NCBI GenBank assembly: GCA_040954595.2
Contig: CM082583.2
Coordinates: forward strand, 4,269,374-4,333,373
Direction of reading: 5' to 3'
DNA from: Balanoglossus misakiensis
Lineage: Eukaryota > Animalia > Hemichordata
DNA: 64,000 nt
This document shows positions 26,901 through 41,800 of this stretch, piece after piece. The translations under genes and the position numbers were made by a program. A model generated the notes under the pieces. That model worked only from the letters and a program-made list of their open reading frames with translations, was not told the DNA's origin and did no database searches. Every line of letters begins with the position of its first letter. Position 1 is the stretch's first letter.

Positions 26901-28927
26901 AGTTTACACTTAAAACACAAGTGTTACCAGACACATGGCAAACTTTTGAGTATTGCAAGGTAATGGTAAACTTTAAACAGAAGTCTTAAAACCCCTAGCA
27001 ACTAACATAAACTATATCGCAAAGATATTTTACTACTTTAAGCGCAAACTCTAAATGCTTCAGTGAGAGCCTGAAGCAAGAGTGTATATATGCAAAACTG
27101 ACTCCAACCTCCCAGAAAATATCTGCATGCATGGGAATTAATCCCCCTCGGTAAACTCACCAATGTCATGACATTGGTGTGAAAATTACTGAATAAGACA
27201 AACACAACCAGCAGAATCTGCAATTGAGATTGTGAATAATAAAGTAACTGTGTCCTTCAGCCAAGCAATGAAGTAGATACATTTGTCCTTCAGACATTAC
27301 ATTAAAACTGCATAAATGCATATTATGCCTGGACATGCAATTTTTGACACTAGCTCTTTCATGTTACAGTGGACATTTTTTTTTGTTAAAATATACAAAT
27401 GTGACATTTTTTTCCCCATGTAGTGGGAATTTTATGTGTGGGGGACATGGAAATGATTCTGAAAATATCTCCAATACAGCACAGTAATTTTATGTAATTT
27501 AGCAGAAGGAACCATCTAACATTGGAAATTACTAAAACAAGATGATGTTCTATTAGACTTCAACCAGAGAGCCTTATTGCATCCACTATGCAATGTTTGT
27601 GGGTTTTTTAAAGGTACTATTACTATTACTATATATAATGTTACTTTCTCTGATTTGGTGCAATGATTGTATATATTATAGACCATATTAATCCTTCCAT
27701 ATTTTTTTATGCCTGCCAATGACAAAAGCTATCGTATTGATTTTTTTTACAAGGTTGCAAATATCTTCAAAGCAGGCAGAATGCACGCAGGGCAGTTGTT
27801 CAAATGAGAATACACCAAAACATCATCATCACCACATGTTGCCATTGTTAAACACCAGAAACTTTAAACGGAGAGAAACGAACTACACTTTAAGTGGATA
27901 AAAAGTGGGGGTTCATTGACTTTTTATTTCATTATCTCAGGTTCAATAACGGTCATGTTCACTGCATGGTGATCCGCTCACTGATTATCAGCCCACAACA
28001 CTGGGGTCTTTTCAATTGTGTGTAAACACATATTGTGCAGAATGCAGGCACTGCATCCACCTCTGCAAATTAAGTCACTTAATGGATGATATATATTATA
28101 TACTCTCATGCCACCATGCATGCACTGTTGTTTTTCACCAAGTAGACTTTGAATTTCAATTCCGAATTGCAAACCTATATTGAGTGAATATTTGATGATG
28201 ATGATGATGATGATGGGGGTGGTGGTGGTGAGGATGCCTGATGATGGTTGAGTTGGGGTTTCACAAAAGCAACATATTAGTTGCCTAGATACAAGCTCCA
28301 AGGAGCAAGGCCGGTGCTAAAATAAACTATTCTAGTGAAACCATCAGCCATATGCTGCAGCCTTATAGTTCTCAGAAACATCAAAATCGTGATAACGATC
28401 GGTTTATTACTCTATTTTCATCAGAATATTACTTCTGAAATCTCACATGTTGATTATAAAGATATTTCCTCAAAGATTTTTGGTGGCATGCATGCAAAGT
28501 AAACTTCTTCAGCACTGCATGTGTGCAGTACATAGAAACACTTTCATCACCATGAACTTGGGTGCTGTTTTTGCCTTATAATAATAACTAAATGCAAATA
28601 ATGAATGCAACTTAACAAAACTGCAGTGTAACTATAAGGATCAGGTTGATAAAAAATTCAGCATGAACTTCATTACAAATTATTGATTGTGAATATGGTA
28701 GAGAGAATGGACGGTTTCATTGCACAATTTCGGTGGCAATACAATATTAATACAAGCTAATTACAAGCTAGTACTAAACTCGAGTTTACATGAAAAGAGA
28801 GAATTTTTTGCTTGGCATAATACCTAACTCTGGTCCTTCCATTACAATGGTTGAAAAAGTGAGATTTAAAAAAATTCCTACAAATCACACTAAAAAGTTA
28901 AAAAAAATATAACTGCAGTACCACCTC

Positions 28928-29002
28928 CAATCTGATTAAAATCAGATGTAGGGAACGGCGACATGTTTTTTTTTATGCTGTCGCCTCATTTTAATCAGAT
29001 TG
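28928..29002. mobile_element. 75-bp MITE with a 9-bp target-site duplication
   Basis: Perfect 15-bp TIRs CAATCTGATTAAAAT and ATTTTAATCAGATTG. The direct repeat TACCACCTC flanks it at 28919-28927 and 29003-29011. Confidence 0.85.
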
Positions 29003-30224
29003 TACCACCTCAAAACCAGAAAAATTTCTGAGTAAAGTACATTGTACAGGTAAAAAAAAAATCAGAATTGAGTTTTCAAAGAGCAGACTACAGGGTGTTG
29101 TCCCACACAGTTCATTTCACTGATAAGTACAGCAATTCAAAACCCACCCACTCACTCACTGTAGCTGTTACAAAATGCCACAACATTGCTTCTATAAGAT
29201 TCTGTTGAACTACAGGTTGGCCTAAAAACCCAAGTAAATTTATCAATGATCAATAATTAATGCTGAATAATAAACTAGTTTAATGATATTATTTGATAAT
29301 TATAACGCATGAGTGTTTAGTTCTGACAGTGTATATATCTTTAAACTGCAAGAATGAGTTTTATATACAAGTTCATCATCCTTGTCGCTTTTTTGGGTTA
29401 AACTAATAAAAACTTGGATCTGGAACATCCTGAAATATCCTGTCCCCACTTTCGAAAATTCATTCTCCTCTTGACAGAATTAAAATTGGATCATAATTGT
29501 AGGATAAAAATAAATACCTGTACCACCCACACATGACATACAGGAAATGTCACCCGTATTGAACAGACTTGTTTTCAAAAAATTAGATTTATGAGGCATC
29601 ACATACGTGTGTCATTTAGATTTTGCTTCTCTCTGTCAGTGACGCCAGAAAATTGTTTGTCTTTCACGTCAGCACCGATTGTTCCACGCAAAAAGCTTTT
29701 TGTATTTTATACCAGTCTTTATTTATTCCACTTCTGATGAATAGAGAAAATATATCTATTCTACTAGACTATACTATAAGGTCTTTTTTCATACCATATG
29801 TAATTACATATTTACCATATCAATTATGTATCATTTACAAATGTACATGATATAGTGTCTGCGTGTGCCACCATTCATGGGGAGGTCACCCTGTTTTGGA
29901 ATTGGGTGATGGGGGGGGGGGGGGTCACCTGCTTTTCCATCTTCAGTGAGGAGGAGGGGAGCAGACACTTTTTGATATCCACAAAATAGAATCCCCCCTT
30001 TATCCTCTCAGGTGAAATAGTCATAAAACTGGATTATTCAGAAATGCAACACCTACTAATATGTATGGCAATTGTCAGTGAAGGACTCGACCTTGTGGGA
30101 AAAATCTAGTATGAAGATTTTGACTATAAGTGTGCAGATGTGGACTTAAAGAAACATCTACCAAGGGTGTGGGATTCATTGCAAATCACAGAAACGTTTT
30201 ATTCCATTAAATTATGTTCTATTA

Positions 30225-30534
30225 TATTATACAAGTATATTGATGGTGTAAATCACGCTATTTGATTGGTCGAGACACGACACGTGACCGTGATATATTA
30301 GCCATATACCACAGTCATATATCATAGTCAAAGAAAATGCCTTTTTAAAATGTTTTATGCAAAGTTTCAATATACTGGCATAATATAATAGCAATAAAAC
30401 ACCCCAGCCATGTTATACCACTCGATTTTGACCAGTTCAACTCCATATACGCACTCGCTATCGCTCGTGCGTATATGTCGTGAACTGGTCAAAATCTCGT
30501 GGTATACCATGGCTGGGGGTGCTTTATTGCTTAA
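30225..30534. mobile_element. Non-autonomous Crypton-like element with a long subterminal hairpin
   Basis: Layout: TATTATA..TGATTGG..CCGTGATATATTAGCCATATACCAC..ATAATAGCAATAA, then a hairpin of about 140 bp (30390-30531) ending TTATTGCTTAA. This matches the layout I recall for CryptonA-type non-autonomous repeats. Confidence 0.6.
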
Positions 30535-32250
30535 ACGAATCCCACATATGGATTTTAAATTGGAGAAATAGTCTTCTTTAACATTGACTTCTTGTTGCAA
30601 TATTATTGACGTGTCACGCACAGCGAACTGAGCATCGGGCAAAGTTGAATTAAATCCTAACAAAAAAATATACGTGCACAATAAAAATCCGTTATCTAGG
30701 TCTCATTCAATGGAACGACCTTCAAAATCACACAGCATGCTAGAAAACACAACCCGGGATTGTTGTTTTTTTCTTCCCCTGCCCCCGCTAAAAGTCCACC
30801 CTAATTGGCATTCTGAAGAAAACAAATCATGCCGTACACAAGAGATGACTATCTTCGGAAATTGATCTGATTTCTCCTGTGATTATACTCGACTCAAAAT
30901 CTTGCTTGGATTGCACCCAGGTATATTATGCTGGGTATTCTGTGTGGGTGTGTGATGCCACAGTGACTGATTTTGTTGATTTCCACGATCAGATACGACA
31001 CCTACACACTGGATTACAGTGACCAAGATGTCATAACCAGATCAATAAGCTTGGCTTACGTTCTGACGGAAAATGAAAAATCACAAATTGAAACTCTCAT
31101 GAAATGTCAATGGCATTTATGTCTTTTAAATTGCCCTCTTTAACCCCGTAACTTCTATTAAAAATATCCTTCGTTTTATTTTACAGCTCTGATTTCAATC
31201 TCAAATGCAGTGTATTGCATGGTCAATGGTATGATTACCAATGAATTTACATTGTACGTTATTGTGCTTATAATGGAAATCAACAGCACAACAAAAGAGG
31301 AAAATAGCATCAAGGGCACTGTGTGCCCATTTGATCAGCATTGACATCATAAAATAGCATGTATGGTACCGGTATATTTGGTTTAATTCATGATCAATTT
31401 CCAATGCTGTAGAGATGGGCGGCATCTTTAGCTTTGCTTGGTCTCTGCTGTTTGCCTTCTGTTGCTGTTGCCTCAATGAATGTTCTCAAAGTATTGCTTG
31501 GGAATGACTGTGTCGCCTATGGCAACAGGCAACACTGACAAAGCACCTCATGGACACACTGATGCATTCTGGGAAAGACAACACTTTAAAAAATATGCAT
31601 TAACAATATTGAAATTGTTCCAACAATTCTTCATGAAAATCATATCTAACATTAACACTGCCCACACTGCTTTTACGTCAATTCTACCAGAAGCGCAATC
31701 TGAATATTTTTATGCATGATTAGTACATGAGTTTTTATGAATTCATGGCATTTGTGTACATTGTAAGATGTCATTGGCCGGTCACTGTATGTCTGACCTG
31801 CAGACGGCAACGCAGGCCAGTATCCAAGTCTTATGAAAAGCTGCCGCATTGTAGAAACTGGGTAACACGCAGCGCCATCAATACATCAATGGCTTTATAC
31901 ACCTGTTTGCATAGATTAGCCCACATACAATGACGGAGGCTGTAGCATACGGCAGAGAAACAGCAAGATTAATTGGGTGAATGTTTATCATAAACTCGAA
32001 CACCCACACACATAAAGGTAATCCAAGGTTTCCCATTAAAAACACCTTGCTTATTTTATCGCTTTCCAAGTTGTTCTGGTACAATCTGGTGTTGACGTGA
32101 CGATTATCGGGTTTAAAATTGCGAACAAATACACTTTATTGAAGAATTTGACCTTTTAGCACATTTTGCTATAAACTAGTTCATTTTACAGAAGGGAATA
32201 AAATTCAACCGATGGCGAAAGCATTAATTCTGAGGAAAAAACACACATTA

Positions 32251-32532
32251 GGCCGATGGAAAAATATATGTGGTTCCAATAACCCAACCTAGGGTAGGTT
32301 AAACCTGCTGGTCCTGAACTTTTATAGGTATGTCAATGGGGAAGTTTTAAAAAATGTAATTTTGGCAATAAATGTACTACAAAAAAGCAAAATCACACTA
32401 GACTTGGAATGACACGCCATCATCTATAAACCAAGACATGTTCTGATAAATAAAAACTGACAAATAAACATGATTGTTTTCCTACCTACCTACCCTATTA
32501 CTGAAACATTACCACACAATTATTTTTTGGCC
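32251..32532. mobile_element. Harbinger-type MITE
   Basis: TTA|GGCC...AAAAATA at the left end and TATTTTTTGGCC|TTA at the right, with internal inverted AGGGTAGG / CCTACCCT blocks and a TTA duplication. Confidence 0.6.
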
Positions 32533-33421
32533 TTAAGTTTTCCCAAATTTCATGTTGAAATTGCATTCGTAAGACAAACACATCTTTATACATAGCATGC
32601 CAATACTGTCATATTTTAAGATCAAACTATTTAATTCTTTGAAATGATCATAATCAGGTGACTCGAATGTTGTTTTTTCTTCCCCATACATTGCAGTGAA
32701 AATTAACATGTGATGTCAACAAAAACATGAGAATTACCCCCACAAGGTATATGTAATTGTCAATCACGGCCAAATCATTTCTTCCAGCCAGTCACGCATG
32801 ACCTTTGACCCATGTCAATGCCCTTGTGACTTTTGATCGAGCTATGACCTCATTTGCCCCAGCTTGCAATGCCCTGTGAGTCAATTCACTTGTTGCATAT
32901 ACTTGCATAACCACCTGCTGATGAATTAATTAATATGCATGACTGCAGTGATATACCTGGATGGACCCCAGTTACTTGAACCCTGGTAACAATGATTTTA
33001 ATTCAAAATGCATAGAAAGGTTTGTTTAGATAACTGTTTTCCTTTATTAACTGTTCTCTCCTATTCAAGTCTAGACATGATAAAATGCCAGCTCGGTCTG
33101 ATATTGCTGAGAATCATATTCTCATACACCACATTTATGTTTGATGTACAGCTTACATATTTCAAATGCGCTCCATAAAAAAACAATCCATTTGTCCGTT
33201 TTCGTGACCATGAAATATTCTGAAGGCTGAATGAGATAATACTGACGTAATGGAATGTAAGGCTTGTGGAGCAGCTGGTGATGGTTTCATAATGGGGTCA
33301 TTGTCCTTGCATGCTTTTCAATGAACTGTAACCTTTATTACAGATGCATGGTGTCAGGATAGTGAAAATGTATTTCACGTTTACCCATATGTTCTTTATA
33401 AACTCTTTATTCATGCATTTT

Positions 33422-33886
33422 TTAATTAATTAATTAATTAATTAATTAATTAATTAATTAATTAATTAATTAATTAATGTATGTATGTATGTATGTATGT
33501 ATGTATGTATGTATGTATGTATGTATGTATGTATGTATGTATGTATGTATGTATGTATGTATGTATGTATGTATGTATGTATGTATGTATGTATGTATGT
33601 ATGTATGTATGTATGTATGTATGTATGTATGTATGTATGTATGTATGTATGTATGTATGTATGTATGTATGTATGTATGTATGTATGTATGTATGTATGT
33701 ATGTATGTATGTATGTATGTATGTATGTATGTATGTATGTATGTATGTATGTATGTATGTATGTATGTATGTATGTATGTATGTATGTATGTATGTATGT
33801 ATGTATGTATGTATGTATGTATGTATGTATGTATGTATGTATGTATGTATCTGTCTACATATGGATGGATGGATGGATGGATTGAT
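33422..33886. repeat. Compound microsatellite (TTAA)~14-(ATGT)~93-(GGAT)n
   Basis: Directly visible: TTAA run 33422-33478, perfect ATGT run 33477-33850, short GATG/GATT tail. Confidence 0.98.
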
Positions 33887-35819
33887 TGAGTGGTGTGTGG
33901 GAGTTTCAATTAAACACAGTAGTTTAGTTGGTTAACTCAAAAATCTATCACAATTTAAGTTTGCTAAAATGACATGCCTAACAATACACAGAGAAAACTT
34001 TGATATTTGTAACTGTTACGCTGGTAGCAATAACTATAGATTCAAACATAAGTCAATAATGTATGGATTGCTTTATATCGTGGAGATAACACTACTGGTA
34101 TAACACAAGTTACATACGATCCAAGGGAAAGTTTTCTTCTTTTATGATTTCACTAAATACTCCCCAAATTTGCAAGTTTTTCTTTCTCTCAGTTCTCCCA
34201 GCTCCTGTGGGTGAAACGTTGGTTAAAGTGAAGGGGGTTGTCGCACCACATTTTTTTGTTGATAAACATTACAATTCATCCACAAATCCCTGAAATTAGT
34301 TAATGAACGAACCAGCCAACCGTAGCGTAGACTGGGCATGATAGCATGAACTGAAGATCCTAGTATGTCCTTGTGACTGCAGTGAGGTTTGTGCTGGTAT
34401 GGGAGGACATATTCTCATCAAAGGGGACACCCATGCGGCGCGACGACCGCTTCCCTTTAACATTGTCTGAAAACTGTCCCCACACAGCTGTTATTTGTTT
34501 ACATGGGTTTGAAACACTGGATACAAAAGGCCCTACAAACAGAATGTCTCAGCTTTTGTGCAATTTTTAATCGGTGACCATCCGCTGATGTTTACCAACC
34601 GATTTTCAGGAGTCATTCACACATGAACTTGTCTTTGGACAAGGTCAAGGCCAAATCAGAATGTGAAACAATTGGGGAAATAGGCTAAGTTATGTGTTAC
34701 TATGGCAACTTATGGGCTTTAGGAATTTAGTTCTTTGGAGAAAAGATAAACAAACTGTGTATATATATGTCCATACAACTGAATAGCCATTTTTATTTCC
34801 TATGGAAAATATTGTACATTTTGAATATGCCAGTTTAATGTGTCAAATGCATAATTGGATTGAAAGTTAAGGTTAGAAGGAAAAAAATACAATATTTACT
34901 GGAAAAAGAATAATTAAAAAAAAAACACAATACAGACTTCAGCTGTTCACAATATCTACCCAAAGAGCACTCTCTCCTAAAATTTGAATAAAAAAATGGG
35001 TTTTTGGAACATCAAAAATGTTGCATTCACCATTTCAAAATCTATCATTTTAAAGTCTTTTTTTCATGCTGTCTGTTTAAGTCAGTGTTTAATTTATTCC
35101 TAGTTTGACAGAAAAGCTGCTGCTAAAAAGCAACAGAATCTTGTTTCTCACTGAGAATGCTGGAATCTTTATCAAATAATTTGTTTCAGCTATACAGGTT
35201 CCCTAGTCGTATAGTGACAAGTTATGTTTTGTTTGTTTGTCTTTTAAAAAAATCTCAAATTCAATTCACTGCTGTGAACTGGAATAAAAAATACATATTT
35301 ACAGTACAACAACAGAAAGCTCTCCCACATGACTTGGTATGGTGCTTTTGACAACTTTGGCCTGAACAGCTGTTTGGGACAAATACAAGTCAAAGCACAC
35401 CACCATATGTCATGCACTGCTGAAATCTCAGACTCTGCATGTAAAACACAGGCTTAGTTTCTTTTCAGAGTATTTGACAGTTTCAACAAGCTCTTTACAC
35501 TTAGAGGTTTAGATTTGATCGCTGCTGTTTTGTCATGCTACTGACAATGAAAGGATTATATTACTTTGCCTAAATTCTGGGTAAAGAAGAGTCACAGCAG
35601 TATCTCAAAATCCATTTCAGAACTATAAAGAAAATAAGGTATATAATCTTACTTCCACTTGACTCTTCCCTCTACAAAACCCTGTCACACACATTAACTG
35701 TAAACAAACTCTGAATGACCGTAATGCAGCAGCAGCCATTGGTTCATATGGCAGGTGTTGTAGCAATACAGGCAGCTCATTGGTCAGTTTACTGGATGGA
35801 TTATGCAAACTGCCGGTTA

Positions 35820-38800
35820 CTATCTTCGGTACCGGTACCGTTTGAAATGAAACCAAAGTTGGAAGATGCCATTGCTGTACTGACAACGGAAACCATGACG
35901 ATGCGAGTATTCCCATTCTCGATTTACAATCTTGAATGCGATGTCCTGGAAGGAAAAGAACAAGAAATTATTGCTGATATGTGGATAGGACATACACTTA
36001 ATTGAAGTGGCCAGACTTAATTCATTGATAAGCTATGCTTTGGTCAAATATTAAGCTGAAGTCAATTCTTAGCTCAACAGCAGGTTTTGCTTAAATGTCA
36101 CTACATCTTGAAAATTAACCTGTAATGATTTGCCATCAAATGATTTTTGTCAATTGGCAGTTCAAGAGTTCAGAATAAACAAAAGAGAAAAATAATATTA
36201 TAAATTTAGGGATTGCGAAATTCTGGGAATTAATTCCTGTTGCTACGAAATTTGGTGCAATAGGTTGTGGTTTTAGTCTCACTACTAGACACACATAAAT
36301 CACGTTTTATACATTGGTTGGATTTTTCTGCAGGGTGGATTACACGTTGCCAGTCATTCTGAGTGCTGACACTCCTTTCCAAACTGATCGGGTGCCCTAG
36401 GCTGTGGGGGTTCCAGCTAGCGAACACATATTGCCTGGCCATGTGGGCTATAGCACCCGTTTGATACCCCCGAGGAACTGTGAGTTACCAGAATGGCATG
36501 TAATTCTGGGAACACGATCACATGGGGTAATAAAGAGGGGCTGTATCTCGAAAATAGGCCAGGCATTATGTGTTCTATTAACACTCATGCTTATGCCCTG
36601 ACAAGAATTCACATTGGTCACATGACCCGGTAATAATTGATTGTCATTCTATTTTCCTATCACATGACTGATTCTAGATAGCAAATCATAACAGAGCATG
36701 AGCATGAGGTGTGTTTATAAATCTATATATCATTTTTTCTGAGTTTCATTTTAATACTGAAACATGTTCTCTATAAATTTCCAGTGACAGCTGGTGTTAT
36801 TGTTAATTGGAATTTCGAATATTGGAACAAACACCTTTTTTCTGGCCAAAACACTAAATGATGAACTAGATCTGATCTTGGAAACGTGTACAAAATGGTA
36901 TGATCATGAATTAAACTCTGACATGGTGCTATTAAAACATTCAATCTAGATTTTCTATCTTGCATGATGGCCTGTCATAAAAAATGGTCAATTCCACCAT
37001 GAAAGTTTACCTCATAGGGCGGTCCAGCATTGAATTTCAAAAGAGCAAAATCTTTGTTATCGTCACAAGGTGTGAGTATGTACTCCGGAGTGTTTCTCTT
37101 GTCAATTAAATCAGGATAAAATATCTGTTGAAAGAAAACACATCAACACATATTAGAAAGGCAATGCTCTATTCTAATTTCTAATCCACCTAACTTAGTT
37201 CATGGTAACAAAGACCAATGGCCACAACATATGTTCAAATATTTTTATGGGGGAGGGGCTAAATCTCATATATATATAAAAAGAATAAAAACTAAATAAT
37301 CTTGATATAAAACACAAAATAATTAAAGAATGATAAGTAATAGCATAAGAAATATGGGAAGTAGTGTTTACGGTACCAGTATGAGTGTATTGTCAAAATA
37401 AGAGTGTATTGTGAAAATTTCACTTGGACCATTGAACTGTATAATATACAGTGATTATAAAAAATGCTATCATACAGATTGAGTATGACAGTGATATCTG
37501 AAATAAGGAAGAATTTCTGAAAGTATTGACTGATGTTCTATCAAGTTTTAGATAAGCCCAAATCCCAACAGCACTGGCAATGTGATAGAAGTTCTTTTGT
37601 CAGAACTCGATCCACACACACACACACACACAAAAACACTTGGTAGGACAGTTGCTGATTACTTACATTAAATTTATAGCCTTGTACAATTTTGGGGGGT
37701 GGGTTGTCCATGTCGTAATGAGTCTGATTGTACTTATTCCATTCAAAACCCTGAAAAATAAAAACAAAGTAGTTAGTACCCGTGGCGACTCGTTAAAACA
37801 CTACATTTTATCGCATTTCCCATATGCACTAATAGCTTACCCTCTGAGGTATCATTTCAACATCTTTTGGACAACAATTTTATTACAAACAAGATACCAT
37901 GGAAACATCTACAGAATGATGTCAATCAATTAATCTATGTTACTGCACATGATATGATTGTTGTACAAGTTACAAACACTATTTACAATTGGGCCATCCC
38001 AAGCAGAAAGGGGTCTTATGGTCATAAGTATCGCGCTCCCAAAACTAATTCATAACATCCAGAGTGGCTCATAACATTTTATTATCATCTCTAAATAGAT
38101 TTTTTTTCACTATAACAACTGCAACATAAAAACCTATAATTTCATGTTTCTAAATATAAATCTGAATGTAATGGGTTTTAACAGCAGGAATGGTATAAAT
38201 AATTGGTCATGTTAAAACATGTCTGGGGTGGTACAAAATGTCATTTCACTTTTTTTTTACCAAAAGGGACACTATATTTTAAGCATGGATATGAGTGAAT
38301 CGATTTGTTTATATCTTTATGTTGTACTAAATGGTTCTTCAGATTGACAATGCAACTGGCTGCTTTCCCCTAGCACGTTGTGCAAGTTCCGTGGCAAGGT
38401 TATTGATCACTATGACGAGACTGAATTTTCAGTCATATGCCAGCTCTTAACACAAAACCATATCAAAGCCAACAGCTGAAAATCTGTATTAGTCTAAAAC
38501 TCGCCCTGCATACAAATTAATTTGTGACAACTGGGTAAGACTGAGGTATGAAAAAAATGCTGAGAAAATTCTTGACGGTGTTAAGGTCAAGTTGAATTCT
38601 TGACAGTGTTAAGGTCAATTCAGTCCTCAGGTCGAGATCAAAAAGAAGTTTTCCAGTAATCTGACCTATCCTGAACATCGAAAATCACTTTCTACATAAA
38701 GGCCTTTGAGTTGAGGAACCTTTGGCCAAATTCAGGCCAAAATATCATAAGTTTTCTAATTCTATCTCTCTTGTTTCCAATGCTCCTATTTAAGGAAACA

Positions 38801-41800
38801 TTTCTTTATTTTTAACCTTGACCAAGTCAAATATTCAGTTCAGATGATTTACAAATGCTTCCAACGAAGAAAACTTACCGTGTGAACTCTGTTAAAATAT
38901 CTGGGTTTTCTGGGTCGGTATTTATCTGACCACAGATAGAGTTTCCCTGAGGGAACCTCCACAGCAAACGTTGCCTCGTCACGACCCATCCCTTCGCGGG
39001 CTTTCTTCTCAAATTCCGCCTCTGCAGAATCCTATTGAAGAAAAAGAAACATGTCCTGGATTGTAAAACTGAAGATTTGAATTTTTATGTTTTTCTTGTA
39101 TCATTCCTATTTTTTCAAGGAAAAGTTTGTTGGTTCAGTAACACACTGCATGCATACTATTGTCTGGAGTACAGCATACATACTGTAAAACGGGTAATTT
39201 TCGCGACAGGAAATTTTTGCGATATCAACACAGGCAACTGTTACGCAAGGATTCATTTTTGCGTTCTCATATTTTCAATGCAAAAAACATTTTTACGTGA
39301 CTTTTTATTTTCATGTTGTTTTGGCTCTTGCGTGTTTCGCGAAAATTTAGTGCTCTCGAAAACAACCCGTTTTACAGTGCATACTTGCTTTGAGAAAAGA
39401 TGGAAAATGAGAAAGACTTCTCGGTCTCTACTTTATTACTGTGTCTGCCTGCAGAGATTTTCCTAACTTTCTCAAACTGTTGAATGACTCACTATTTGAT
39501 CAAAGTCTGACATGCTTGATTTGTATTTTCATTGCGACTCATCCAAAGAAAAGAACAAAACTGGTATTTACAGGGTGTTTTTTTACCTTTGCAGTGCCTG
39601 TTCCTAGCACCTGTCTCCGCGCATGCTCCAATCGGATCATATCTTCTTCCACGTCAAACAACAGGGTGTCTGGCGGCAAGTCCTTGTTGGTCAGTAAGCG
39701 AGGACTGAATTTGCCAAGCTCATATTCATCCTGACTTTGTTTCAGCAAATCTTGTTCGGTCAAAACCGATTCATCTCTGTGGAGTAAAAAAGAAACAAGT
39801 CATTGTCAATGACACAGTCCTCGCTGGGTCAAAAAAATGAAAACAGCCCAGCCGCATTGGAGCAAATCACAATGCAAACTGACTGTCTATCTATCTACAT
39901 AGATAGTGGTGTCACAACTACCACTGCGCAATTTGCTGGACAAAGGCACAACTCACTCTTTCCCCTTGGCTTCTGCTTCTTCATTCTGATCTTTACTTCC
40001 GCTTGCAACAGCTCCATCATCACCGACGTTTTTCGTGCCTTCATTATCATCCCCCGCCATCTCCTCTGCCTCCTCCTCATCATCATCATCGGATATCTGT
40101 ATTTCACCACTTTCTTTCACAGCTGCTCCATCTTTCTCAAATGACTGTTCATTGTCATCATCAGGCGCCCCAGCCGGGAATAACGGTTCCGGAGCAACTC
40201 CTTGCTGTATGTATCACACAATGTCATTGGTTATTGATCAAGAAAAATAGTGTCTTGAAAATTTGTTATGCATGACATTAAAGGTATACGGTCACCTATG
40301 AAAAATTAGCTATAGTTACCATGGCAAATTAAGATCTGGCCAATCACAGATTTTCAGGGGGTGGCACATGCGAAAAAAGAGCGCCACCACGTGTTCTTTA
40401 GAACGCTCAAATACGCCATTACAGCCATATATGGGCGTATGTAAATTGGAGGAGAGTGTATACCTTTTATTAAACTACACTCCTGCTGGTAAGAAGTGTC
40501 TAAATCACACATATATATTTTTTTGAATAACAATTTCATCACTCTGGATTTCTGAGAGAAGAGAAATCAGTGAATGATACACTTGCTCTCATTGGCTGCT
40601 AAATCGCTTGACCACACCTCAAAACTGCAAATAACCAATTAGGATGTACAGCACAACACACACCTGCTGTCTCAGTCGTAGGAGTTTATTCCTCAGCCTT
40701 TCTTGATGTCTCTCTCGGAGTCTGGCTCTGGCCATGTGAGCTTTCAGCTGTTGCAGCAATGATTCCCAGTAGCCGATGTCCACAGCGCTTCCACTTTGAA
40801 TCTTCTGCAAGATCTGATCCTTCAACGCCAGCAGTTGACCAGACTGAAAAATCACCAGAAGAATGAAAATTTTTTGTTATAGAATCATAAACTTTGAAGA
40901 TATGAGACTACTGGATTTCTCAGACTGCAATGGACTATAGGGATATGAAAACACTCTTTTTGTTCAATCAGTATGCAGAATATTTCATTTTTCTTATTTA
41001 AAATCACCAAAAGTGCTTTTTTTCAGGCCATAGGTGACTTCTCAATCAGTATGCATTGTTTATTTGCATAGGTCACTCCAGAAAAAAATATACATGTTTT
41101 TAATGGGACAATAAATCCAGAAAATACAACATTGTATCTACAGTATTTTGTTAGGAATATGAAACAAAAGATGTGACTGTGACAAAGGGAAAAAGTTTCA
41201 ATAAAATCTCCACAGTTCCCTTGAGGAAGTGGTACCATGTAATGTTTTCTTTTACTGAGAACTTTGCAGCCTGACCCCTGGGTGACCTATGGTGATGTTT
41301 GGACGTTTTCACCAGAGTCAGGATCCAAGGATTAATAATATTTTACCATTCTCTGATAACACATGGCTTTATTTATATGTAGGCACATAACACAAAATAA
41401 AAGTGACTTACGGTTTTCGCTTTGAAGACACTGGCTACTTCGTTGCTGACGGAGGCATTGATGCCCTCACGTCTCTCAACTCCGTCTGTCAACGAAATCA
41501 AAAACAAAATAACCTTTCTGAGATAATCAAGGCTAGACACATAGTCACAGTCAAACATTACGTGTTTCAATAAATTTTAGGAAGTGAAACAAGAAACTGT
41601 AGGTATGATAATGATAGTGCAGACCTGGAAATATGCAGTTTTGTGATATACTTTTACATGTGCGCTTATAATGACGATAATTGTGATGTATAATTGGGCT
41701 GTATAAGTCTAGGACTGTAAAAACCATTTTCGAAAGACTATCATATGTTTGACATCATTTTGATCATATCATATCATATAGATTTGGATAGCCTGTTTAA

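Noticed and set aside
33466-33935. ORFs of MYVC / HTYI repeats
   Set aside because: They are translations of the (ATGT)n microsatellite, which has no stop codon in these frames.
24300-35600. Possible hidden gene in the 11-kb gap between the KSR3-like gene and cactin
   Set aside because: Isolated splice-like signals exist (for example near 26474 and 26538), but I could not build an in-phase exon chain or a recognisable peptide.
39035-39466. 143-aa plus-strand ORF
   Set aside because: It lies antisense in a cactin intron, runs through a MITE, and has no protein-like features.
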